Assembly (NCBI GenBank): GCA_004431415.1
Contig: QPMI01000631.1
Location: 19,560 to 83,559 of the forward strand
Direction of reading: 5' to 3'
Origin: Cyanophora paradoxa CCMP329
Taxonomy: Eukaryota > Plantae > Glaucophyta
Length of the DNA stretch: 64,000 nucleotides
A model generated the notes under the pieces. It did no database searches. It was not told the DNA's origin and saw only the letters and a program-made list of their open reading frames with translations. Both the position numbers and the translations under genes were made by a program. Position 1 is the first letter of the stretch; each line of letters opens with the position of its first letter. Of this stretch, positions 26,801 through 37,877 are shown piece by piece.

Positions 26801-27635
26801 GGTTGAATGGGGTACGGGCACACCGATAAAGAGGGGGTGGGAGGGATCGGGGAGGGGTTCGCTGATCGCGCTGGCGTGTGAGAGGGGATCGAATGATAAG
26901 AATCGGAAGGAGGGAGCCCGAACCGAGCGGCGACGGGGGAGCGGAGGTACGGAGCCGCGCGGCCCCGGCGCCTGTACAGGAACCGCTTCGCCGAAACGAT
27001 CGCCAGGACCTTCATCGATCGGACTGGCTCATGCGGAGCTTGGAATTTGAATTTGAAATTCGATTGTTTGGACGCACCGTTGTCACCTGGCTTCCGAGTG
27101 CGATGCAGACCCTGCGGGCGCCGACCGAACCAAGACTAGTCAGCGGCGGAAACAGCACGAGCGAAGCGCATGCGCACCAGCAGAGGACCTGCCCGTTGAC
27201 GGAGAGCTTGTTGAAGTCCAGGGGCGCAAGGCCCGTGCACGTCGCGCAGGAGACGCCGAGGAGCCCTGCGGAAGGAACCGACGAGGCGGATCGGGCGGCG
27301 GCGCGGAAGAATTCAGAGAATTTGATGCGCTCGGAGCCTCTGAGCGATGCTGCGCACACGCGGCGTCGAAGGTGAGCCCGTCGATCGCACAGAAGAGTGC
27401 GCCGACGGCGAGCGACCCGAACAGGAAGCTTGCGAAGTGCACCTGTGCGCGTATACAAGTACGTACGCGTCAGAGGGAACGCAATTGCAAGCGCAGAGGT
27501 GGGGGACCCGCTTAAAAGCTGGGAGCGCACCCGCCAGAAGTTGAGTCGGCTGGATACTGGACGCGGGAGGCTAGGCAGAGACGCGATTCTGTCGACGAGC
27601 GCATCGTACAGGGCCCGGAAGCGTCCGCAGAGCAT
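22142..27635 (-). CDS. Trk/HKT-family K+/Na+ transporter (multi-exon)
   Basis: LNFWR/VHFASFLF, VEYHALRRL, FSFFHAASSFYAAGLSPLPDSM, NAFFMAVTTRYAGF, IFEAVSAYG/NIGFSMG, MLLGRHR/GLPDSVDPAV. Confidence 0.88.
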
Positions 27636-27696
27636 GGGGCGCCTGGCCGACTTGCGGCTCTCGCCCCCTACCCCCCCATTCGACCTGACCCCGACC

Positions 27697-29786
27697 ATGC
27701 TCCGCTCTATCGCTTCCCGTTCGGTTGCCGTTCGCGGCAATGCCCGGCACATGTCGGGTGCGCGGCCTCGTGTTGCCCCATACCGCTTCCTCGCGCCGCT
27801 TCGCCCGCTGACATACGCGCGCGTCCCGATCGCAGTGGCGGCTTCAAAGAAGCCGATGAAGGTCGCAATCACGGTAAGCCGGCGTCCGCCGCCCCGCGAC
27901 GCCCCGTCGGGCCGATGCCCTCATCGCGCCCCGTCGGCCCGAGCAGGGCGCGGCCGGCAACATCGGCTACGCCATGGTTCCCCGCGTGGCGAGCGGCCAG
28001 CTGCTGGGCCTGGATCAGCCCGTGCACCTCTCGCTGGTCGAGGTGCCGCAGGGCCTCAAGCCGCTCGGCGGTGTCGAGATGGAGCTCGACGACTGGTGCC
28101 GCGGCCCCTTCCTCTTCCGGCAGCGTTCTCCGAGCGTCCTGATCGGCCTCCCTGCGCCCGCGCAGCGCGTTCCCTCTCCTTAAGAAAGTGACGTGCACCG
28201 CCGACCCGCTCGAGGGCTTCGCGGATGCCGACGTCGGTGCGCGTCCTTTCTTTTGTACCTTTCGACTCGCCGCACGTCCCGTAAGCTGCGCCCCGGCGAT
28301 CGCAGTCCTGCTGGTCGGCGCCAAGCCCCGCGGCCCGTGCGCTCGTGGCGGCGCCTGCATCCTCGCCGGCCCCTTTCTCACACCGTAGCCAGCGGCATGG
28401 AGCGCGCGGATCTGATGAAGGACAACGCGAAGATCTTCGTTGAGCAGGGCAAGGTGCGATCGAATTCGCCCCCGCCCGCTTGGAACCCGCGGCGGCCACG
28501 CCCGCCGAGCGCCGGCCGCGCCCGCCGCGCCGCTAACGCAGCGCTCTCGTCGGACAGGCCCTGAACCAGGTCGCTAAGAAGACCTGCAAGGTCGTCGTCG
28601 TCGGTGCGCCACGTGCCGATGGCGTCATGGCGCGCGGCGGCCGTTCTGACGGTCCTTTGGGCCCCGCGCCTCCGCCGCGCGCGCAGGCAACCCCGCCAAC
28701 ACGAACTGCCTTATCGCCGCGACCTACGCGCCCAACCTCGACCCGAGGGTGACACTTCTCCCTCCCCGCATTCCTTTCCCGCAACTTTTGATCCGCCCTA
28801 ACATTTGATCCGGCAGAACTTCTCCGCCATGACCCGCCTGGACCACAACCGCGGGCTCGGCCAGCTCGCGAAGAAGTGCAACGTCGGCGTCGACCAGATT
28901 TCGAAGTTCGCCATCTGGGGTACGCGATTCTCGCCGTACCGGGGCGGGCGGGGGGCGGGCGGGCGGGCAGGCCGGGAGTAGAATCCAGGCGACGCCGTCC
29001 AAGCTCTAGAGCAGAATGGCGAGCGTGCACAGAAGTGTTGACTCATGGCCCGCTCCGCCCACCCCCCCGCAGGCAACCACAGCCCGACGATGTACCCCGA
29101 CATCTCCCACTGCCTCATCGACGGCAAGCCCGCCAAGTCCCTCGTTGACGAGAAGTGGCTCAAGGAGGCACGTACCCCTTTTCTCGCCCCCTTCCCACCC
29201 CTTTTACACTGCCTGACGCCGTAACCCCTCCCCGCGCAGGTTTTCATGCCCTGCGTCCAGAAGCGCGGCGCGGCCATCATCGCTGCCCGCGGCGCCTCGA
29301 GGTGCGCCTGCCTGTACCCCTCCCCGGCCCGCAGGCCTCCGCTACCTCCTCGTGCTGACGTACCCCTCCTCTTCACTTGTACCCCCCGCAGCGCTGCGTC
29401 GGCGGCGTCGGCTGCGATCGACCACATGCGGGATTGGGTCCTGGGTACCAACGGCGCCTGGACTTCCATGGCCGTTTACTCGGAGGGCAAATACAGTGCG
29501 TCGCCTCGCTCTGGAAGGGACCGAGATTCGATCGCGCGCGGTCTGACTGGACCCCGGCCGACCAGACACCCCGAAGGGCGTGTACTACTCGTACCCCCTC
29601 ACGACCGCCAACGGCTCGTACAGCGTCGTCGAGGGCCTCTCCGTGGACGCCTTCTCGTGCGCCGAAAAACATTCGATCCGCTTCGTGAAGATTCGATCTC
29701 ACATTCGATCCAGGGCCGAGTGCATGGCCAAGACGGGCAAGGAGCTCCTCGAGGAGCGTGACCTGGTGAAGGACTTCCTCAAGTAA
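27697..29786 (+). CDS. MDH: Malate dehydrogenase (cytosolic/MDH1-like family) with a putative mitochondrial presequence
   Basis: [97 protein letters not shown]. Confidence 0.95.
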
Positions 29787-30175
29787 GCGAGCGGACGGAG
29801 AAGCTTGACCTTCAGCTTCGCTCGCTTGGCTGGGCAGGCGAAGCCAGCGTGCACGGGTCCCCGGGCCGCGCTTGTACATAGGGAGCTTTTAGTTCGCCGC
29901 CCTCGGCACGTTCAGCTCCCGTTTTTGCTCAGCGAGGCCAGTTTTTAAGAGATGTCTCTCCTTTCAGCGGCCGCGGGCCGAGCTCGAGCGCGCCACGGGC
30001 ACGTGCGGATTTGGGGTCCTAGGCCTCAGGGCTTCAGAGCACGTGATTTCTCGGGCACGACGATGTGGCACAGACCGACAGACCGCTATTGGCCCGGCCG
30101 GAAGCGCCGGCGCCGGCGCGGCCGGCCCCTAGCTAGCCTACTAGAGCGTACCCAGAATTTTGATCCCCGTCGAAG

Positions 30176-33100
30176 ATGGCGGCCGGCGCGTTCGTGGCGC
30201 CGACGGCAGCGCCGGCGAGCTCCTCTGTTCAGCAGAATGCCGTGCTGGCGTCTCCGGCGGCGCGCAGCGCTCAGCCGGCCCGCGCACGCGCCTCGGCCAG
30301 GCGCGAGCCGGCCCCGCGGCAGCGGCGGCAGTTCCTGGGCGAAGAGCTGCAGTTCAGACGTCTCATTCTGAGTACACCGCGCGTCCTGTTCGCCCGGCGT
30401 GCAGACCCGGCGCGCCCCGCCTCCGTGCCGGTGCGCACGCGGGCCCTCCATCATGAGCTCGGGCCGCCCGCGAACTTCTCGCGCCGCCGAACGTGTGATG
30501 CTCTAAGCTACAGCTTCGCGGCTCACACGGCCCGCGATCCTCGCAGGCGGCCGCGTCCGCCTCGCTGACCGAAGAGTTCCTGTCGCGGGTTCCCGAGGGC
30601 GGCGCCCTTGAGCGCCTGCGCGCGGCGGACCGCGTGTGGACCTCCATTCGCGCCCGCGAACAGCCCGCGCCGCCCCGCGTCATCGGTGCGAGCCGACCGG
30701 ACCCGCCGGCGCCGTGCCCTGCTGAGTCCGAACGGCGGTGCAGAGGAGTCGAGTGAGCGCATCGGCCGCGAGATCGAATTCGACGTCGCCATCTGCGGCG
30801 GGACGCTCGGCGGTGCGGCGCCCCCGCACAGACCGACCTCCGCCTTCGCCCCTCACCGCGCGCCTCCGGCCCCGCCCCCTCCTCAGTCTTCCTCGGCGCG
30901 GCGCTGGCCTCCAAGGGGTACCGCGTTGCCATCATCGAGCGTGGGGAGCTCCGGGGACGGGTACAGGAGTGGAACATCAGCCGCCGGGAGATGGAGACGT
31001 TCACGGAGATGAACCTGCTTACCCAGGAGCAGGCGCGCCGCGTACCCCTCTCCCCGTTCGCTCGCTCGTACCCCACCTAACTGCGGCATCCCCGCAGCTC
31101 GACAAGGCGATCTGCACGGAGTACAACCCGGTACCCCTCCCCTCCCCTTCGTCCCCGTACCCCGGGACCCCGCAATGCGCCCCTGACGCGCGCCTCGCAG
31201 GGCCGCGTCGGGTTCAAGGGCGGCAAGGATCTCTGGCGAGCGCCGCGTACCCCCTGCCCCCGAAACCTCCGCGGGGCCCTGACACGTGTACCCCCCTTCA
31301 GGGTCCGTGACGTCCTAAACGTCGGGGTCGATCCCGTGTACCTGCTGGAGCAGCTGAAGGTTTGCGGTACCCGCACCCCTTCCCCTCCCTCTCCTCATAC
31401 CCCCCGCCCCTAGAACAAGTTCATCTCGAGCGGGGGTACCCTTCTCGAGCGTACCCCCTTCGAGGGAGCGATCGTGCACCCCGACGGGGTCGAGGTACCC
31501 TCCTACTCCTCTTCCCCCCGCCCCCTCTTCGCCGAATCGCGTACCCCTGCGCAGCTGAAGCTCGGGGAGCGGAGGATCACCGCCCGTCTGCTACTGGACG
31601 CCATGGGCAACCTCTCCCCCATCGCCAAGCAGGTACCCCCCCCTACCAAAAACGCCGTACCCCGGAACGAGCGAGCGAGCCGCGTGCAGGCACGGGGGGG
31701 AAGGAAGCCCGACTCGGTCTGCGCGGTCGTGGGCACCTGCGCCACCGTGCGCCCCCTACCCCCCCTTCTCCTCCCCCCTTCCTTCCTAACTTCTACCCCC
31801 CTTCCCCCCCCCCCCCCAGGGCTTCAAGGACGACGCGAACGAGACGGGGGACCTGATCTACAGCTTCACCGAGATGCAGGTGCCGTACCCCGGCCCGTCG
31901 GCGCTCGCTCGCTCCCCCTTCAGCGCTCGGATGTGGGGGGGGGGGGGGGGAGCGTGGCGGAGGGGGAGATTAAAAGGACGCCCTCCGCTTGCCGCCCCGC
32001 CTCCGCTAGTTCCAAGAGCCCGCCCCGCCCGCTCAGCGGCTAGCTCGCTCTCGAGCCGCCCCGCCTCCAGCTAAGCCTGGTCGGCGGGGGCCGGCCGCTC
32101 GGCCTTTGGCCGCCCCTTGAGTCACTGAATTCAGCTCCCGCCTGAAAGCCCAAAGCCTCTCCCGGCCCAAAGCTGAGGCGCTTCGCGCAGGGGGACCTGC
32201 AGTACTTCTGGGAGGCCTTCCCCGCCCGCGACGGCCGCACCACCTACATGTCCGCCCCGCCCCGCCCCGCCCCGCCCCGCCCCGCCCGGATCTAGCTCTT
32301 GATCTAGATCTAGAGCTAGATATCTAGATCCAGATCTCTATCTAGCTCTTGATATAAATCTAGAGCTAGCGCACCCCCTCCCACCCTCCCACCCACCCAC
32401 CCTCCCACCCACCCTCCTCCCACCGTCCCACCCTCCTGCCTCACCCTCTCCCGCCTCACCTCCCCCTCCCCTACCCTACCCCCCCCCCCCCCCCCCCCAG
32501 GTTCACGTACATGGACGCGGACCCGGCGCGCCCTTCGCTGGAGGCCATGTTCGAGGACTACCTCCGCCTTCTCCCCGAGTACCAGGTCGGCCCTCAGGAG
32601 GGACGCCTTGCGCTCAGAGCCTAGGGACCTGCGTCCTGGGGTCAGCGCCCTAGGGACCCTAGGGACGTGGGAGGGCCTGGGCCCGGGGAGGGACCAGGGT
32701 CGAGGGCCCTGAGAGGGAGGCAGGGAAGGAGGCAGGGTGGGCCTGGGCCCAGGGAGGGGGAAGGGACTAGGACCGGGGCGCTTGAGAACGAGTGCGGGCA
32801 TGGAGGAGCCTCAATCTCTTGGGCCCATGCGCGCGCGGGGGTACACAGCCGCGCGCCCCTCCGCCGACCGCCGCTCTCGCAGGGCGTGCCCCTCTCCGAG
32901 ATCTCCCCCCTCCGCGCCCTCTACGGCTTCTTCCCCTCCTACCGTGAGAGGTACCCCTCCTCCTCCTCGGCCGCCCCAGCACCCGCAACCCCCTCTCACG
33001 CCCCATCCAGCCCCCTGCAGACGACCTGGAACCGCGTGCAGCACGCGCGTACCCCTCCCCTCCCTCCCCTCTGGCCGCTTACGCCCCCTCCTCAGGTCGG

Positions 33101-34127
33101 GGACAGCAGCGGCAACCAGAGCCCCCTCAGCTTCGGCGGCTTCGGATCCATGGTACCCCCCTCACGTCGCTGACCCCCTTTTTCTCTTCTGAAAGCTGTA
33201 CCCCCCTGCAGGTCCGGCACCTCCGCCGCCTGACCGACGGCATCTCGGGGGCCCTTCAGGTAACAGCGTACTCCCCCGGGGTTGAGGGCCGTACCCCCGC
33301 AACGAAGCGAGCGAGCACGTACCCCCCCCCCGCAGAACGACCAGCTCTCCCGGGACGATCTGGCCCTCCTGCAGCCCTACCAGGTACCCCTCCCCTACCC
33401 GCCTCTCCCCCCCCTCTCCTTTCTGATCCGAAGCGCCAGCCGTCGGTGAGCGTCGCGTGGCTGTTCCAGAAGACGATGTCGGCGCGCGTCGGCCAGGTGC
33501 GCTAGCGCTCCCCGCCGGACCCCCTAAGCATGGGCCGCGCCTCCTTTCCTTGCCAAGGGCGCCGACCCCGCCGCGCCGCCGCGCCGCCGCGCAGGGCCGC
33601 TCGCTGTCTCCGAACCACATCAACGACGTCCTCAACGTCGTCTTCGCCGAGATGGAGGCCCGCCCCGCCCCGCCCCGCCCCCAAACTTGAACTTAGCTTA
33701 AGCTTAAAAACAGACTGATGAAATAAGCTTCTAAGCTCTAACTGCTGAACTAAGCTTAAACAATCTGCCGAGATGGAGGCCCGCCCCGCCCCGCCCCCAA
33801 ACTAAGGAAACCAACTAGACTGAACTAAGGACTCTCCGCGCCGACCGCCTGCGCGGGAGGCGGGAGGCAGGCCCCGCCCCGCCCCGCCCCGCCCCGTCTA
33901 AAGCTAAACAAAATTTAAATAAGCTGCTGAACTTGACTTCGTCTAGCTCAACGTCTAGCCAACTGGACTAAGCTTAAATCGGCGCCCGCCCCTGGAGACA
34001 GCTTACCCGCCCCCCCCCCCTTCGCCGCGCAGAAGCTGGGGGACCCGGTGCTGCGGCCCTTCCTGCAGGACGTCATCCAGTGGCCCGCCCTCACCCGCAC
34101 CATGGTACGCCCCTCGCCTCTAGATCT

Positions 34128-34170
<43 letters not shown>

Positions 34171-35175
34171 CCCCGGCCCCCGGCCCCTTCTGCTTCTGCT
34201 TCTGGGCCCGACTTCCTTCCTTCCGGGGAGAAAGCCCCGGCTTGTCCCAGCCCTCCTCCTCTTCTTCGCTCCCCTAGCCCCACCTCCCAGAGCTCTAGAT
34301 CTCCGATCCCGGCCCTCTTCTGGAGGCTTCAGCGTCCTCTGGGCCTCTCCCGCACCGACGTACTAGAGGCCTTCTAGGTGCCCCCGGGCGGCCCCTTCCG
34401 CCTCTTTCGCTTCTCTGGAACTCTCTAGCTTTTCGTGGGGAAGAATCCCTAGCTTCTCGCAGGCGTACCGGACGGCTGGGCGGCTGAGCTGGACCCCCTT
34501 CGGGGCCGGGCGCAGGTGGCGATGTCGCTCGCGGACCCCCTCCTCGTCGCCCGCGTCATGGCCCAGGCCCGTGCTCCCCTCCCCGCCTAGATCGACGTAC
34601 CCTTCCCTAAGGCCGAGAGCCCACCCCGCCTTCGACTCGATGAGAGCCGCCCTCTCGGCCTCAGGGCCCCCTCCCCTGCGCCCTTCCGATAGCGAGAGCC
34701 TTTGGTCCTGCGGGCCCAGCCGCCCCACCCGCCCCGCCCCGCCCCGCCCCGCCCCGGCCCGGCCCTTCGGCGAACCCTTGCGCGGCAGGTGGGCCCCGGT
34801 GCGCTGCTGGACTGGACCCAGCACTACCTCGCCCTCGGCCTCTACGGCGCCTCGCTTCCCCTCCTCGAGCGCTGTGCGCCCCTCCAGGCTTCCCGCGCCG
34901 CGCCCCTTGGCTGCCAAAGTTTCTAAGGGTTCTTAGCTTCTAAAGCTTCTTGGCGCGGTGCGCGCCGCTCTGCCCCTCCTCCAACGCCGCGCGCGCCCTC
35001 TGAGGCCTCTCCTTTCGGTTCTCCGAGTGCGAGCGCTGACTCCTCGGCAGCGGCGGTGCAGGCGACGGGGCCGCCGCAGGACCGCTGGCGGGCGCGGCAG
35101 CGCTTCGAGGGCGTGCGCTTCGGCTGCGCGGGGGACTACACCTACCACGCCCCCTCCGGACCCGGATCCCAGTGA
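30176..35175 (+). CDS. cruP: CruP/CruA-type lycopene cyclase family FAD-dependent protein, plastid-targeted
   Basis: FDVAICGGTLG, QEWNISRRE, VRDVLNVGVDP, LLLDAMGNLSPI, QYFWEAFPARDGRTTYM/FTY, GDSSGNQSPLSFGGFGSM, LRPFLQDVIQW. N-terminus MAAGAFVAP is Ser/Ala/Arg-rich. Confidence 0.85.
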
Positions 35176-35299
35176 TCTTGTCTAGGTCTAGATCTAGCTA
35201 GAGCTCCAGACTCTTTGCTTTTTCATGATATATCTTATCTTCAAGCACTACAAAACCGTTCGAAACTCTCGCTACGAAACCGGCGGGGGCCCGGCCCGT

Positions 35300-36383
35300 C
35301 TAGTGGCCAGCCGACTTGAACTTGTTGACCTGCGCGGGTTCGAATCCGAATTCGAAGGGTGAGGGCGTGGGCAAGGGAGAGGGGAAGAGAGGGGGGCGCA
35401 CGTTGAACTCGGTCTCCATGCGGAAGCCCTGCGCCGCGAGATCCTCCGCGTACCCCGCGCCCGCCGGGAGGACCTGTACCCCAGGACCCGGATCGTGACC
35501 CTGTACCCCCCCGAAGATCCTGGAGGGGTACAGGGGGCGCACGAGGACGGAGAAGGGCTCGAGGCGGAGCCAGAGCTTGTAGGGGGTAGAGATGAGGTCC
35601 TTGGGCTCGCAGAGGCAGTTCTTGTAGTTCCTGGTACCCGTCTAAGCCGAGCCGGCAGAGGCGCCCCCGGCCCACACGCGAACGAAGCGCGTGCGCACCA
35701 CGCCTTGGACATTGAAGTCTGCGCGTCGCGGATCGAATTCGGGTGAGTGTGGGGTGGAGCGGACGGGGGCCGCCGCAGGCGGGTCTAGCTACGCACCTCC
35801 TTGCCGCCGACCTTGTGTGTTACGGTGAGAATGAACTGCGGCGGAAAGCGTGAGCCCGCGCGGAGCCCCGCGCGAGGGTGCGGGCCGCCGGACCTCGTCC
35901 CAGCTCTGCGGGACGCAGCGTGAGCGGCGGCGGCCGGGAGCGGCGCGACGCGACGCGGTTCACGAGCGCACGGCTATGTGGAGATCCTCGTCGTCGGCGA
36001 TGCGGCCGCTCTTCCAAATCACCTTGGTCGGAAGCGGTTTCCTTGGCGTCGAAGAGGCGACCGTCGAGTTAGACCGCGCATCCGCGGCGGCGCCGGTTAC
36101 GCTCACCGGTCGAGGTAGTTCACGCTCTCTTCGAAGCCCGAAGTGACCACGCAGGCGATCTGGACGCGGCATATCTCGTCACCTATCACCCCAGCGGAGC
36201 GGGTTGCGCGGGCTGCATCAGCGCGAACCTTCGTGGCCGGGTCCACGAAGACGGCGATGGTGTGCCTGCGGCGAGAGAGACGGCGGTTAGGCGCTGTGAC
36301 GGCGCGACGCGGCGGCGGGTGTCGGACGGCAAGTCCTCGTGCTTCACGCACATGATCTGCTTCTTATCGGCGGGGCCCGTCAT
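35300..36383 (-). CDS. Hypothetical multi-exon host protein
   Basis: Exon-like segments (KPLPTKVIWKSGRIADDEDLHI, NYKNCLCEPKDLISTPYKLWLRLEPF, GYAEDLAAQGFRMETEFN, VNKFKSAGH-stop) with intron-like spacers. No family recognised. Confidence 0.5.
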
Positions 36384-36571
36384 CTTTTCGTTGCGTGCTG
36401 GCGACAAAGGCTGCGACTGGACGGGTACGGCAACTCGAGCCCAAACGCTCTCGGACCGCACGCCGCCGCCAGCCGCTTAAGATCAGTCTCTGGCTTAGCT
36501 AGCGCTCGTAGCACTCTGCTGGCGACACAGGAGGTACCGAGCGTTGTGGAGCTAAGTTTGCGGCGGGCGAC

Positions 36572-37306
36572 ATGGCGGGGACGGCGCTGGGCCCGGAGGC
36601 CGTCAAATACCTCGAGAATGCGGTGCTGCACCTCAGGAACAAGCGCTCGAACATTGTGCGTGGTGCTCCAGCCTCCGCCTGGCCGCCCCGCTGACCAGGC
36701 GCAGCTGAACCAAATTGCGGCGGACGAGGAAGAGATCAAGAGGATAGACCAGGACTACGCGAAGATCCAGCCGAAGATAGACAAGCTGACCACGGACCTG
36801 GAGGCGAAGATGAAGGAGCGGGAACAGTTGCAGGGCCTTCTGAAGGTGAGGCGGCCGGCAGCGCGGGGCGCTCGCGCCGGCTGAGCGCGCCCGCAGATGT
36901 GGAACACAGAGGCGACGAGCACCATTGCGAACGCTACGAAGCTGATCAGGCAGAGCAAGGTGGCGACGGGCGTGCTGGCGAGGCAAGAGGCCTCCGCCAA
37001 GACCGACAGTGCGCCGCCGCAGCGCGCCCCGCCGAGCGCCCAGCGCCGAGCGCCACAGCTGAGCGCGCCTGCCCCGCCGCAGTGACGAAGGTGGCGACGA
37101 AGTCCCGGCTCAAGTGCGGCGCCGGCTCCCCGCGCCGCGCAGGGGGCGCCGGCCTCACGCGCGCGCGCGCGCCGTGCAGGTACAACCCCGATCTGGCGGC
37201 GAAGCTCCTGTCAGAGACGAGCATCAGCGGCGGCGGTGCCGGCCCCTCGGGATCGGCCTCCGGGTCCCGATCCGCCTCCGCCTCCGCCGGCAACGCGGCG
37301 CACTAG
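36572..37306 (+). CDS. Small coiled-coil protein, possibly SSNA1/DIP13-like
   Basis: MAGTALGPEAVKYLENAVLHLRNKRSNI...QIAADEEEIKRIDQDYAKIQPKIDKLTTDLEAKMKEREQL has the heptad pattern and length of SSNA1/NA14. The family call is tentative. Confidence 0.55.
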
Positions 37307-37877
37307 CGAGGGGGCCGCCCCAGCGCCGTCGGATCAATTAATAGTAACGATCAGCTTGTTCTCGCGCACTGGCCATGCATATGGGGCCGAGCCAAGTCCG
37401 GCGGGTCGGAGCCGTTACGTATACTGGTGGCCGGATTAAGGTGGCACCGATCATCGAATATCGTAAATGTATATTTATCTTTCAGAGAAAGCCCGTCAAA
37501 AAGCGCCACCCGCTTTCAAGAAAGCCTACGAATCCGCTATAGACATCATACTATGATATATATAATAACAAGTTAACGTTGCAATAAGATAGTCAGCGAT
37601 AGCAAGATTTAAAGTTTAAACTGCCATGTCAAAAAGCTCTAAGCTATTGCTCCAATCCAGCTATTCTAATTCTCTACGTGAAGCGAAGTCGCTACCCACT
37701 GTCCAGGAGAGAAATCGACCGAGAAGATAGTACAGAAAAAAGATAGACAAAGGGACACAGCGTCAAAAAAGCTGCGGCAATGGCGACACTTGTCCAATCC
37801 AATCTGATGACGATGGAGAGCATAGGGCGAATGGTATGTGCAGAGCAACGTTCAAAAGAAGGGACGGGGCGGGCCGC

